Of a stretch of DNA of 41,449 nucleotides, positions 25,701 to 34,962 are shown piece after piece. The first letter of the stretch is position 1. Every line of letters starts with the position of its first letter. Under the pieces are notes generated by a model. The model did not search any database and had not been told where the DNA came from. It saw only the letters and a list, made by a program, of their open reading frames with translations. Source of the stretch: a virus (Duplodnaviria; Caudoviricetes); the IMG/VR virus record IMGVR_UViG_3300011444_000007, positions 1 through 41,449 of that record; one strand, 5' to 3'. The translations under genes and the position numbers were made by a program.

Positions 25701-26281
25701 CGCGCCCTCCTGGCCGCATGCATCTGCTCGCGGAACTGCCTCCTGCGGTCGTCCTCGCCCGCGTCCTCTCGGCCCACGGGCTTCGCCGGTTCCGGACGCA
25801 CCGCGCGCGCGTGCTCAAGCAACTTGTCGAGGACCTCGAACGAAACGCCCATCTCGGCGGCGACCGTCTCGCAGGGCGCCCGATCGGCGTGCACGCGAGC
25901 CCAGGCCATCGCGGCGTTCCGATTGAAGGCCCAACGCTTCGTGTCGTCGGTAGGGTCCGGCCGCGGCGCGTGCGGCGCGACGAGTCGTTCGTCGCCACCG
26001 TGCTGGCGCGCCTGCTCGCGCTGCGCTGCGCCCGCGCTGAAGGCCCTGGCGTCGACGATCGCGACCTGCAGGCGCCCAGGGTCGAGCACGAGGCTCGCGA
26101 TGACGCCTCGACGCGCCGCGGGCTTGCTGGTGACCTCGACGTGTTCGAACACGGCACGCAGATCGGCGACTTCGAAGCCGCCATCGGCGAGCGACTTGGC
26201 CTTCGTGAGGCGTCGCACCGGATCGGTCAGGTCGACCCCGAACTCGCACAGCAGCGCGGCGAACTCGGCGAAAGTGCTCAC
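25697..26281 (-). CDS. Hypothetical protein in the replication module (194 aa)
   Basis: GTGA-coupled to the DUF1376 gene. HTH-like CETVAAEMGVSFEVL near the C-terminus. Confidence 0.65.
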   Translation of the reverse strand: MSTFAEFAALLCEFGVDLTDPVRRLTKAKSLADGGFEVADLRAVFEHVEVTSKPAARRGVIASLVLDPGRLQVAIVDARAFSAGAAQREQARQHGGDERLVAPHAPRPDPTDDTKRWAFNRNAAMAWARVHADRAPCETVAAEMGVSFEVLDKLLEHARAVRPEPAKPVGREDAGEDDRRRQFREQMHAARRAR

Positions 26282-26853
26282 GCGAGGCTCCTGCGCGCGT
26301 TGGCGACGCCGTCGATCAGGGCGCCTACGTTCCTGGGTGAGGGCTCAGGTACTCCCTCTGTACTGGGACAAGAGCCAACCTTAGCTCTCTGATTATCTAG
26401 AGTAGTGGTAGTGGTAGTAGAAGGCTTGGTTTCTGCTTGGCCTTCTGCTTGGCCTTCTGCTTGCGGTCCTGCTCTGATCCCGCTTGACCTCTGCTCTGCG
26501 CTCCGTTGGCCTCCTGCTTGGCCTCTGGTTCGCATCTCCTCGGCCTTCTGCTTGCGTTCGACCCGCTCCGCCTCCTGCCGCATGTTGATGAGCTGCCCGG
26601 GAGTCCCGGGAACTTTGCTCCAACGACGCGACATCTTGGACCAGATCCGATCGAACGCGGTTTCGTCGCCGCCGAGCCCGAGCATCAGACGCAGTTCTTC
26701 GAGGTCGTCGGGAATGCTCCCGTGCAACCATGCGAAGCAGAGCAGGCGCACGTAGGCGCCCTGCTGCTCGAGCGACATCGTGTTGACCTCGCGCGACTGC
26801 AGCCATGTGGTGCAGTAGAATAGGAACGCGGGGTCTTTCTTGGTGCCGGCCAT
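26278..26853 (-). CDS. DUF1376/YdaU-family replication protein (191 aa)
   Basis: PAFLFY...WL...MSLEQQGAYVRLLCFAW..GSIPDD...LINMRQ...GQAGGQRS motifs. Confidence 0.82.
   Translation of the reverse strand: MAGTKKDPAFLFYCTTWLQSREVNTMSLEQQGAYVRLLCFAWLHGSIPDDLEELRLMLGLGGDETAFDRIWSKMSRRWSKVPGTPGQLINMRQEAERVERKQKAEEMRTRGQAGGQRSAEQRSSGIRAGPQAEGQAEGQAETKPSTTTTTTLDNQRAKVGSCPSTEGVPEPSPRNVGALIDGVANARRSLA
26424..26527. repeat. Iteron-like 12-bp repeats (GGCCTTCTGCTT) within the replication gene; candidate origin
   Basis: ttctgcttg at 26431, 26443 and 26455, with a variant near 26509. Adjacent AT-richer tract at 26380-26420. Confidence 0.5.
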
Positions 26854-27062
26854 CAGATCGCCTCGCGTCCGGCGCACTTGTGCCTGGCCAGGATCACGTC
26901 ACCGACGATCGGTAGCCACGTCGCGCCGCCCTGGGACTTGGTCCCGTCGAGGATCATGCTCGGCCTCCGGCCGGATCCCCAGACAACAGTCGCCACCTGG
27001 ACTGCGTCCGCGCGCCATCGCGCCCCGTCGAGCATCGCGACCATGTGGCGCCCGATGTTCAC
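26853..27062 (-). CDS. Hypothetical protein (69 aa)
   Basis: GTG with GGAGG RBS; coupled to neighbouring genes. Confidence 0.5.
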   Translation of the reverse strand: MNIGRHMVAMLDGARWRADAVQVATVVWGSGRRPSMILDGTKSQGGATWLPIVGDVILARHKCAGREAI

Positions 27063-27232
27063 TTCGCACCTCCCGACCGCAGCTTCTCGACCACGATCTC
27101 GGCGATGTGCTCGTGCTCCCACTCGCGGATGCACATGCCGATCCACACGACTACGGCAAGCAGCGCGGCGATGCCGAGCATGCTCGCGACCGCGCGCAGG
27201 CGGGACTTGTCGATGTGCAGCAGCTTCTTCAC
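27059..27232 (-). CDS. Small single-pass membrane protein (57 aa)
   Basis: GTGA-coupled; AVASMLGIAALLAVVVWIGMCI is hydrophobic. Below the ORF-track cutoff. Confidence 0.6.
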   Translation of the reverse strand: MKKLLHIDKSRLRAVASMLGIAALLAVVVWIGMCIREWEHEHIAEIVVEKLRSGGAK

Positions 27233-27612
27233 GCGTCATCATCCTCGGCGTAGAAGCGCTCGATGCTGGCGACCTGGAACCAGTGGCGCACGCTCTTGGT
27301 CTCGCGCAGCCAATTCGCCACGACCTTGAGCAGCTCTGGCATCTCGCTGGCGCCAATCTCGATCAGCGCATCCTCGGACGACAGGTCGTGCGCCTCGCAC
27401 ATGCTGCAGTCCGCGTCCTCGGGGTAGCGAATCAGGCACTTGGCCGCCATCTCCTCGGTGACCACAGTGCCTACCACTCCCAACCAGGATTCGTACTCGA
27501 CGCGCCCGTAGGCGATCGCCTCATCCCTCGTGTCGAAGAACGGTCCAAATGGCCAGGTCTCCTGGTCCGCCGAGGCGAGCCACAGGCCTTCGCGTGCTTT
27601 CTCGTGTTTCAT
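27229..27612 (-). CDS. Hypothetical acidic protein (127 aa)
   Basis: GPFFDTRDEAIAYG motif is common in phage early proteins; AGGAG RBS. Confidence 0.7.
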   Translation of the reverse strand: MKHEKAREGLWLASADQETWPFGPFFDTRDEAIAYGRVEYESWLGVVGTVVTEEMAAKCLIRYPEDADCSMCEAHDLSSEDALIEIGASEMPELLKVVANWLRETKSVRHWFQVASIERFYAEDDDA

Positions 27613-27631
27613 GACTGGTCTCCTGGAGTCC

Positions 27632-27883
27632 TCACGACCACCACCCTCGGCACCACACCACTACCGCGATCGCGCCGCAGATCAGGAACACGATCAGGAC
27701 TGCCACCATGATCCCGACGACGAGCGGGTCTCGCTTCGGGTACTCGGCGCCGCACTGCTGGCACCGCAGCTCGTCGCCGACGTGGATCCACTCGTGGGCC
27801 TCGCACGCGTCCCACCACGAGCTGTTGTCGTGGACGCGGTCGTCGGCGGCGGCCAGGCGGTTGTGTTCGGGGTGGCGGTTCAT
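27632..27883 (-). CDS. Small protein with a CxxH/CxxC zinc-ribbon-like motif and C-terminal TM helix (83 aa)
   Basis: CEAHEW...CQQCG followed by a hydrophobic segment. Confidence 0.6.
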   Translation of the reverse strand: MNRHPEHNRLAAADDRVHDNSSWWDACEAHEWIHVGDELRCQQCGAEYPKRDPLVVGIMVAVLIVFLICGAIAVVVWCRGWWS

Positions 27884-28045
27884 GTGGCCTATACCTCGCT
27901 CGGGGGGATGGCGACCGTGTTCATGAGCACCCCCACACGCCGAACATGCGCGTGATCGCGAGCGCGCACACCAGCCCGAGCGCCAGGGTGCTGCCGACGT
28001 CGGATGCAGAGAGCCGCGCGTAGCCCGCGATGGTGAAGACGCGCC

Positions 28046-28255
28046 TCACGCCTCCCTCCGGCCTGTCCGCAGCAGCCTCGCAAGTTCAGCGCGACACCTC
28101 GGCGAGCACGCCCTCGACGCGCCATTCCCGCAACGCACGGTGGCCATAAAACTGGCGCCGCACGCCTCGCAGGCGCGAGGGACCGATCGCGCGATTCGAC
28201 GATCCGCCTGTGCCAACCGCTTGCACGTGCGACACGTTCGCGCGTCACGACGCAT
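28046..28255 (-). CDS. Small Cys-rich zinc-finger protein (69 aa)
   Basis: CRTC, CEACG and CSPRC motifs. Confidence 0.6.
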   Translation of the reverse strand: MRRDARTCRTCKRLAQADRRIARSVPRACEACGASFMATVRCGNGASRACSPRCRAELARLLRTGRREA

Positions 28256-28406
28256 CGCGTTCCTCCCTGCGGCAGCCGTACGCCACCATCAACTCGTCCT
28301 CGGACAGGCCGGCCGGCAGGCGCCAGTAGTTCGGGTTCGCCACCAGTGCGCGAGTGGTTGATGGCGGCGCCGGGTTCGGCTCCTGGATGGCGGCAGTCGT
28401 GCTCAT
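28245..28406 (-). CDS. Hypothetical protein (53 aa)
   Basis: GAGGAG RBS and ATGA overlap; MSTTAAIQEPNP... Confidence 0.5.
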   Translation of the reverse strand: MSTTAAIQEPNPAPPSTTRALVANPNYWRLPAGLSEDELMVAYGCRREERDAS

Positions 28407-28675
28407 GGCTTCGGCTCCTCTCCCGGCTGAGGCGGCGCCGGCTGCGGCTTCTGCCGTGGCCGGCGTAGGCCATGTGACCCATTTCCGCCGAGGTAGAGGT
28501 CGACGAACTCGAGCATCCCAAAGCCGCCGCGATCAGCCAGCCGCACCAGGGACTGACCATTGCCATAGAAGCGCGCGTAAGATTCGTACGCGCGCCGCGC
28601 CGCGTCCATCGACACGGTGAGGCCTGTCTGGATCGGAAAACGGCCGTCGGGCTCGCCCTGCACGTCGATGTTCAT
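28403..28675 (-). CDS. Hypothetical protein (90 aa)
   Basis: AYESY...YG.GQSL.RLADRGGFG motif; GGAGG RBS. Confidence 0.7.
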   Translation of the reverse strand: MNIDVQGEPDGRFPIQTGLTVSMDAARRAYESYARFYGNGQSLVRLADRGGFGMLEFVDLYLGGNGSHGLRRPRQKPQPAPPQPGEEPKP

Positions 28676-29265
28676 GGCTGCTTCGCCTCCATCGCCGCCA
28701 GCCGTTCGAACGCCGCGAGGAACGCGCGCTTCGCGACCGGCGGCGGCAGCGGATCGATGTGCGCGAGGTCCGGCTCGGGGAGGCCTGGCCATCGCGGGTC
28801 GCCCATCAGGTCGCGCGCCTCGGTCGCGAGCGCGATGTCGTCGGCAAGTTTGATCTCGGAGCGCTCGACGATGTCCAGCTCGAGGATCCCGAACGCCTGG
28901 CGGATCTTGCGCATGACGCGAGCCTCGGTGCGGTCGAACGATTCGGGCGATCGCTCGTCGCGCGCCACGAACAAGAACGGCTTGATCGGCCGGATGACGT
29001 CGCCGAGGTAGGCCTCGGCCGCGTCGTGCAGGAGCGCGTGCAGCGCGAGGCCCGGGTGATCGCGCTCGACCAGCGACATGACGTGCAGGCTGTGCTGCGC
29101 GACGCTGTACCAGGGATCGCAGCGCCCGCCGAATCGGCACAGGTTTGCGAGCGTAGTACCGATCGTCTCGATGTCGACCTCGTCGGCGCGAGGGTCGAGC
29201 GGCCAGAAGCGCTTGCCGTTGGCGAGCCCCATCCAGTCGCCGATCCGGTTCTCGCTGGTCGTCAT
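28672..29265 (-). CDS. HD-domain phosphohydrolase (YfbR/YfdR-like 5'-deoxynucleotidase, 197 aa)
   Basis: CRFGG, YSVAQHS, LLHDAAEAYLGD and IKLADDIALATE motifs. Confidence 0.9.
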   Translation of the reverse strand: MTTSENRIGDWMGLANGKRFWPLDPRADEVDIETIGTTLANLCRFGGRCDPWYSVAQHSLHVMSLVERDHPGLALHALLHDAAEAYLGDVIRPIKPFLFVARDERSPESFDRTEARVMRKIRQAFGILELDIVERSEIKLADDIALATEARDLMGDPRWPGLPEPDLAHIDPLPPPVAKRAFLAAFERLAAMEAKQP

Positions 29266-29459
29266 GGCAGGCGCTCCTCGCGGATCCTGTCCAGCGTCTC
29301 GCGCTGCTTGTCCGTGAGCAGGCCACCGGTGCGCAGTCGCTTGGTCAGGCTTTCGACCAGTTCGATCTCCCATGGCGTCAGGCCCTCGCCGTGCTCATCG
29401 AGTTCCTGCAGGTCGGTCCAGCCGGCCTTGTCGATGATCGTGCTCGGGAAGGTGGTCAC
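29262..29459 (-). CDS. Hypothetical protein (65 aa)
   Basis: GTG with GAGG RBS; LTPWEIELVES...LTDKQRETLDRI pattern. Confidence 0.7.
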   Translation of the reverse strand: MTTFPSTIIDKAGWTDLQELDEHGEGLTPWEIELVESLTKRLRTGGLLTDKQRETLDRIREERLP

Positions 29460-29657
29460 TTCCCACCTCGCGCGAACCGGCGAAGATGCGCGCGCGTCTC
29501 GCATGCTTTTGCAGCGCCGCCGCTCTCGACGGTCGCCTGAGGTGCTGCGAGGCCGGCAGCAGGAGCGGTCAACGGAGCACGACCGATCCCGTTTCCTTGG
29601 AGGGCCTCTCGAGGCTTGTTCGGGGCCTCGGGTCGAGACGCGCGCGCGATGTGCTGG

Positions 29658-29688
29658 AAAAACCCGCCGCGGCTGAGGGCGCGGCGGG
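29658..29688 (-). terminator. Intrinsic terminator
   Basis: 9-bp perfect stem cccgccgcg/cgcggcggg, 8-nt loop, followed by UUUUU on the minus strand. Confidence 0.75.
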
Positions 29689-29905
29689 AGCCCGTCAGCT
29701 CGTCGACCCGGCCCTGATCGTGACACCGGAGCGCCGTCGCGCCCCATGCGCACGCGAACAGCAGGTCGAGAGGAGCGAGCAAGATGCCAGCCGCGCGTTG
29801 GCGCGGCAGCGGGCGGTTGCGGTCAACGGGCATGCGTGGCCTCCGTGTGTCACGCGCAGACACTTACCTGATCTTCACGCGAAGTTCAAGCGCTCGTTTG
29901 CGAAA

Positions 29906-30148
29906 TCATGCGATCCGTCCGTCCCGCACCATCTCCTCGGCCCTCGCCCACCTGGCCGCCACCGTTCTGGCGCCGCACGCCAGGTCGCTGCCGGGCTCCG
30001 CGCGTTCCAGCGCCCGCGCGCATCGGTCCCCGTCGGCCGCGACGCTCCGCAGGATGCACGCGACGATCAGCCGCGCCATCCGACGCTTGAGTCCCCAGCG
30101 CTGCTCGACGAGCCGGACCAGTCCTTCGCCGAGCAGCGAGTTCGACAC
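29906..30148 (-). CDS. Hypothetical protein (80 aa)
   Basis: GTG 2 nt after the esterase stop; last gene of the late operon. Confidence 0.45.
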   Translation of the reverse strand: MSNSLLGEGLVRLVEQRWGLKRRMARLIVACILRSVAADGDRCARALERAEPGSDLACGARTVAARWARAEEMVRDGRIA

Positions 30149-30150
30149 GG

Positions 30151-32139
30151 CTATAGCGAGATCAGTTGCAGTGCGGCAACGTGGCGCTCACCCTGCTTCA
30201 CCGAACTCTCGGGCGTCTCGTGCAAGTTGTCGTCGCGGCTGCGTTCCAGATCGTCCGCATCGACGAACACGAACTGCCCGTCGCTGTCCATCTGGGTCTG
30301 CAACGCATCGCGCACCGGCTGCATCTCGACAACGTTCACGCCCTGCGCGTCCAGTTGCGGTCGGCGCCAGCTGATCGGCAGCGCCGCGCCACTCGTGCGG
30401 GTCGAAAGGTCAGCCCGGAGGTCGCGCACGAAGTTCGGCAGCTCGGCCGCGAACGCGGCACCGCCACCTACCACTGAATGGTCGTTGTGTCCGAGGCTCA
30501 CCGCGATCCCGCGCGCGTCGGCCTGCTTGGCATAGGTCGCGTTGATGTCGGCGATCGCCTCATCGCGGCACGCCAGCAGCACGGTATAGTTCTCCGCGCT
30601 GGACTTCTTCCAGCGCCCGCCCGACACGCCCGGAATGTAGGCCTGGGCCTCGCTCGCCAACGCGCTTCCGTTCGTCGCGACCTTCACGACCGCGAAGCCA
30701 TCCGGATGCAGCAGTCCGAGCTGCGCCATGAACGAAAGGTCGGGGCCCGATGCGCTCTGCACGGTGCCGGCCGTGTTGCTGTTCACTCCGGGCTCGTAGA
30801 CTTCCAGCACGCCAACGCCGTGGTTCAGGATCTTCTGATGCGCCGGGCGCAGCAAGCTCGGCGGGTTCGGGCCCGAGATGAGCGGGCTGTTGCTGTTCGT
30901 GACCCACGTCACGTTGGCCGGCCCGACCATGATCGAATCGCCGATCATGTAGTAGAGCGGCATGCCGCCAGCCGCCACATCCGGGGTCCCGGCCTGTAGG
31001 CGCGCGATGGCGTGCGACATGCGCTCGCCCATCGTGAAGTACTCGGCCTGCGCGTAGTACTTGACCTCGGTCGCCGGGGTGTCGCCCGGGCTGACGATCT
31101 GCCGGCCGATGCGCGCGCCGTTCATGTCGACGATCGCGACGTTGCTCAGTTCCACCGCGACTTCGCGATGCAGCCCGCGCCAGTAGTGAGCGGCGAGCGG
31201 CGCGGTCGTACTCCACAGACGCTCATCGTGGTTGACCAACACGACGCGCAGGTCGGAGTTGCCAAGCGTGGTCTTGATCCACGCGATCATCTCGAGCAGC
31301 CGCGCCTTGTAGGCGAGCGCGATCAGCGGCGCGCTGACGGCCGCGATCAGGTCAGACATCGAGAGGTCGATGATCGCCTCGTTCCACGCGATCGTATTGC
31401 CGTGCGCCGAAGCGGCCGCGACGACGCGCGCGAGTTCCAGCGCGAAGGCCGCGCGCTGCGAGTTGTTGGGCGAGTCTGCCCAGCCGGTCGACACGGGTGC
31501 AGCGGTCGCGACCTTCCACAGGTGGAAGTAGGGCGCCTCGTCGTACACGTCCTCGAACAGCCTGCGGATCAGCGTTGCGTCCGGGCCGATGCCGCCCGTG
31601 CTCGCGAAGCTGCTGCCGCCGCGCGACGACGGAACGAGCCCGAACTCGTTGATGTCCAGCCATCCGGCGATCGGGTGGTAGTCGGTGAATCGGCCGGTTC
31701 CCAGGAAGAAGTAGGCGCCCACGGTCGGCGCGGACGTGGCGCCGAACGTCAGGGTGTCGGCCGTGTTCGAGATCACGGACATGCGCTGCCGGAATCCGAC
31801 TGTCGGCACAGGCGCCGTGTTGATCTCGGTCAGTCGTCGGCCTGCCCACTCGTTCGTGGTCCACACGGGGCTCGGCGAGACCGTGATCGTCGTCGTCGTG
31901 CTGCTCGCGACCTGGAAGAAGGTCGTGCCCATGTTGCCGTCGTAGAACGGCCAGCACGACAGCGACGCGGAGGTCGGCGCGCCGGTCGTTGCGTTGTCCG
32001 GCGTGATGCGCAACACCTCGCGGTCGAGCATGTTCTGCAGCAGCGTGCTCATCAGCCCGTCCGCGACGTTGGGCATGCCCGGATTGCCGCCCTGGCCGTG
32101 GTGCTCGCAGAAGTAGATGACGCCCGGGACCGTGGCCAT
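30151..32139 (-). CDS. Tandem SGNH/SASA-like carbohydrate esterase protein, probable receptor-binding or tailspike (662 aa)
   Basis: C-domain has IGDSIMVG, GPDLSF, VKVATNGS, LGHND and DNLH. N-domain has the same layout but degenerate motifs (HHGQGG, GPDATL, LSMSD, EVKY). Confidence 0.75.
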   Translation of the reverse strand: MATVPGVIYFCEHHGQGGNPGMPNVADGLMSTLLQNMLDREVLRITPDNATTGAPTSASLSCWPFYDGNMGTTFFQVASSTTTTITVSPSPVWTTNEWAGRRLTEINTAPVPTVGFRQRMSVISNTADTLTFGATSAPTVGAYFFLGTGRFTDYHPIAGWLDINEFGLVPSSRGGSSFASTGGIGPDATLIRRLFEDVYDEAPYFHLWKVATAAPVSTGWADSPNNSQRAAFALELARVVAAASAHGNTIAWNEAIIDLSMSDLIAAVSAPLIALAYKARLLEMIAWIKTTLGNSDLRVVLVNHDERLWSTTAPLAAHYWRGLHREVAVELSNVAIVDMNGARIGRQIVSPGDTPATEVKYYAQAEYFTMGERMSHAIARLQAGTPDVAAGGMPLYYMIGDSIMVGPANVTWVTNSNSPLISGPNPPSLLRPAHQKILNHGVGVLEVYEPGVNSNTAGTVQSASGPDLSFMAQLGLLHPDGFAVVKVATNGSALASEAQAYIPGVSGGRWKKSSAENYTVLLACRDEAIADINATYAKQADARGIAVSLGHNDHSVVGGGAAFAAELPNFVRDLRADLSTRTSGAALPISWRRPQLDAQGVNVVEMQPVRDALQTQMDSDGQFVFVDADDLERSRDDNLHETPESSVKQGERHVAALQLISL

Positions 32140-32198
32140 GGTGGCCCGACCCTAGAAAGCGCCCGCGTCCGAACAGTCCCATATGGGACTGGATTGGG

Positions 32199-32423
32199 CT
32201 ACGGCAGCGGCACGACCTCGATCTTGGTCTCGGCCTTCACGAGCAGTCCCGAGCCATCGCCCACCAGATCGGTCCGCTGGCGCGCGGCCGCGCGCATCCC
32301 GCACCGATGCTTGCGCAGCACGGCGTCGAGTTCCGCGATGCACTCGGCCACGCGCTGCTCGGCCGACTTCTCCACTGGCGCCTGCGTCACGGGCAGGGCT
32401 TCCGTCTTGTCGAGGATCTCCAT
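32199..32423 (-). CDS. Hypothetical protein (74 aa)
   Basis: MEILDKTEAL...CIAELDAVLRKHRC; AGGA RBS. Confidence 0.65.
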   Translation of the reverse strand: MEILDKTEALPVTQAPVEKSAEQRVAECIAELDAVLRKHRCGMRAAARQRTDLVGDGSGLLVKAETKIEVVPLP

Positions 32424-32439
32424 GGCTCTCGATCCTACC

Positions 32440-34956
32440 TCAGTAGGCGACCTGGTGCCATGCGCCGGCCTTCGTGTCCCAGTACTCCAGGAGATCGTGC
32501 GCGCCCGATGTGTTGATGCGCAGCATGCCCTGCCGCCCGGTGGTCGGACGTTCGGCGGTTGTGCCGGACGGGATTTCGACAGCTTGCGAACCGCCAAGCA
32601 CGACGTCGACTTCGTAGGTGCCAGACACGTCGAAGACCTTCGCGCTGAACAGCGTGGTGGCGGTGCGGCTCGGATCGAGTTGCGTGACGGTCAGCGCGTT
32701 GTCGTTGCCGCTGTCCTGGAAGATCGCGACGCCAGTTTCGTTCAGCCCGCCATCCTGGTTCGGCGTGCCGAGCGCGAACGCGACGCCTGGCGCCACGGTC
32801 ACGTAGCTCGAGGTGGTCGGCGACGTCACGTCGCCGAAGTTTCCCAGCGCAAAGTAGTCCTCCATCTCGAATGCCGGCGGCGCGAACAGGACGCCGCCGT
32901 TCGTGGTGCCGCCGCGCGCGCGCGAAACGTTCGGCTGGTCGACGTAGTGCCAGTCCGCGACGCCGGCATCCTGCGAGCCCCATGTGTGCGCGACCAGCAC
33001 TTGCGGCCGCGCTTCTTCCTCGGCCAGCAGGTGGTTCGGGTGCGCGGTCGGGTTGTGAACGAAGCTCGGATAGTTCTCGAACCAGCGCTGCGGCCGGAAC
33101 CCCATCGAGGCGAACGTGGTCAGGAACGGATGATGGATCGCGTAGAGCGCGCGGTCACTCGGCTGCGTGTCGCCGACGCGCCGCACGACGCCCGGGGGCT
33201 CCGGCGTGCCGTCGGGGAACGGCAGGATGCTCGGGTCACTCAGATCCCCCTTGGCGGCCCGCGGCGTGCCGTAGTCGGTCTCCCAGCTGTGGTCCTCAGG
33301 CTGTCCCTCCCAAACGGGCGGGTCACCGGGCCGGCCTCGGCCGCGCCGTGGATCGCCGGGTTTCGGCCACGGTCTCCGCGGCGTGGTCACGCCACCCGGG
33401 GGGGTCGGCGCCGTGGTCGGGCTCTGGCCGTTCGGGCCGTACCCGGGAGCCCACGGGAACCCCGGGATGGGCCATGCGGACGACCCGCCAGGCGTCGTCA
33501 GGCCGGGCTTTTTCGGCGCGCGCGGGCCAGGAGGCGAGGTCGGGCCGACGGGCGGGCCGCCGGTAGTCGGGCCTCCCGGGCCGCCAGGACCGGCCGGTGG
33601 CTTGGGGCCGACTGGACCACCGGGGCCGCCGGTTCCAGGGCCGCCAGGGCCGCCCGGGCCGCCAGGACCGCTCGGTCCACCCGGTCCACCCGGGCCTCCC
33701 GTCGTCGGCGGCACGACGACCTGCGGGATCCGGCCGCCGCCGGGTGCGATGTAGGGCACCTCGGCCCACCAGCGCCACTTCCCCATCCGGTTTCCGTGGA
33801 GCCAGGCGTGGGCCTGCGCGCCGTCCCAGGTCAGATGCACCTTGCTCTGCAGCGGGAAGCTGCCGGGGTTCGGGTAGCGGCCCTCGAACAGCATCGGTCC
33901 GTCGCGGTCGTCGTCGTCGTACCAGAGCGCCTGCGTCGCGAGGTGCCCGGAGTTGAGCGGGGTGCCGTCGCGGTCCTGACCGATCTGGTGCTTGTCGCCG
34001 TTCGCGCCGCCGCACAGCGGGCCGAAGAACTCGCCCGCGGCCATCAGGGCGAGCACATGCCCGCCGTCCGGTGTCGGCCGAAACGTGCCGAACTCGTTCG
34101 GCGCCTTGCCCTCGTGCTCGCCTGGAATCAGGTCCTGGCCGCCCTGCCCGTTCCACGTCGCCGACGTGGTGAGCCCGCTTCCCGGCGTGGTCGTGCCGCC
34201 GCCGCCCGGCGTCGTGGTGCCGCCGCTCCCCGACTTCGCCTTGATCCACACGAGCCCGAACCCCGCGATGCCTTCCTGCGTGGTCCTGTCCATATTCCAC
34301 GCGATCGCGTTGCCAGACGTCGAGAAGTTCGACGTCGCGCCGACCGAGAACGGCACCACCCGCATCATCGACTGCAGCCGCGCGTGGCGTCCGCCGACTC
34401 CCGGCTTCGTGCTCTGGTCCATGCAGGGCTCGTAGGTGGGCTGCAGGTCGACGACCAGCGTGCCGCACTCCCCGGGCCCGCCAACGCCTGGGCAGAACAG
34501 ACGCGGGTCGAGCATGCCCATCAGCTCGCTCGGCGCCTCGTCGCTCATGCCGGGCAGCACCGCGACCATCGTGCCCTGGGGCAGCATCGGGAAGCCGTCT
34601 GGCCATCCCGGACCCTTCGCGACCATGCGCTCGTCGGACTTCCACAGACCGTTGGCGACCGGCAGCACGCCCTGGTCTGCCACCACGCTCGCGAACACCT
34701 GCGCCCATGCCCCGGTATCGCGCTTCTCCGGGTCCTCGGTCTGCCAGAACAGCCATGGGTGCACGCCCGCGACCGTGCCCTGCGATCCCTCGCTCGCGTA
34801 CTCGATCAGTGTCGCCTCGGAGCCCTGCGACGGGTCCTCGAACCGGGCGATGCGCGCGCCGACCATCTGCTGACGCATGCCGACCGTGATGCCTGGCGTG
34901 CCGTAGTCCTGCAGCGGCCAGATTCCGCCGCGCGTCCAGTCGGTGAGTCCTGCCAT
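32440..34956 (-). CDS. Large tail/fibre protein with a central Gly-Pro repeat (838 aa)
   Basis: GPGGPGGP tract at about 33500-33710. C-terminal [10 protein letters not shown]...GMLRIN...LEYWD is typical of fibre domains. Confidence 0.75.
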   Translation of the reverse strand: MAGLTDWTRGGIWPLQDYGTPGITVGMRQQMVGARIARFEDPSQGSEATLIEYASEGSQGTVAGVHPWLFWQTEDPEKRDTGAWAQVFASVVADQGVLPVANGLWKSDERMVAKGPGWPDGFPMLPQGTMVAVLPGMSDEAPSELMGMLDPRLFCPGVGGPGECGTLVVDLQPTYEPCMDQSTKPGVGGRHARLQSMMRVVPFSVGATSNFSTSGNAIAWNMDRTTQEGIAGFGLVWIKAKSGSGGTTTPGGGGTTTPGSGLTTSATWNGQGGQDLIPGEHEGKAPNEFGTFRPTPDGGHVLALMAAGEFFGPLCGGANGDKHQIGQDRDGTPLNSGHLATQALWYDDDDRDGPMLFEGRYPNPGSFPLQSKVHLTWDGAQAHAWLHGNRMGKWRWWAEVPYIAPGGGRIPQVVVPPTTGGPGGPGGPSGPGGPGGPGGPGTGGPGGPVGPKPPAGPGGPGGPTTGGPPVGPTSPPGPRAPKKPGLTTPGGSSAWPIPGFPWAPGYGPNGQSPTTAPTPPGGVTTPRRPWPKPGDPRRGRGRPGDPPVWEGQPEDHSWETDYGTPRAAKGDLSDPSILPFPDGTPEPPGVVRRVGDTQPSDRALYAIHHPFLTTFASMGFRPQRWFENYPSFVHNPTAHPNHLLAEEEARPQVLVAHTWGSQDAGVADWHYVDQPNVSRARGGTTNGGVLFAPPAFEMEDYFALGNFGDVTSPTTSSYVTVAPGVAFALGTPNQDGGLNETGVAIFQDSGNDNALTVTQLDPSRTATTLFSAKVFDVSGTYEVDVVLGGSQAVEIPSGTTAERPTTGRQGMLRINTSGAHDLLEYWDTKAGAWHQVAY

Positions 34957-34962
34957 GGTGGT

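Noticed and set aside
28672-29265. HD protein as DatZ of a 2-aminoadenine (Z-DNA) pathway
   Set aside because: No PurZ, MazZ or phage polymerase was seen; the motifs fit the common YfbR/YfdR-like phage family.
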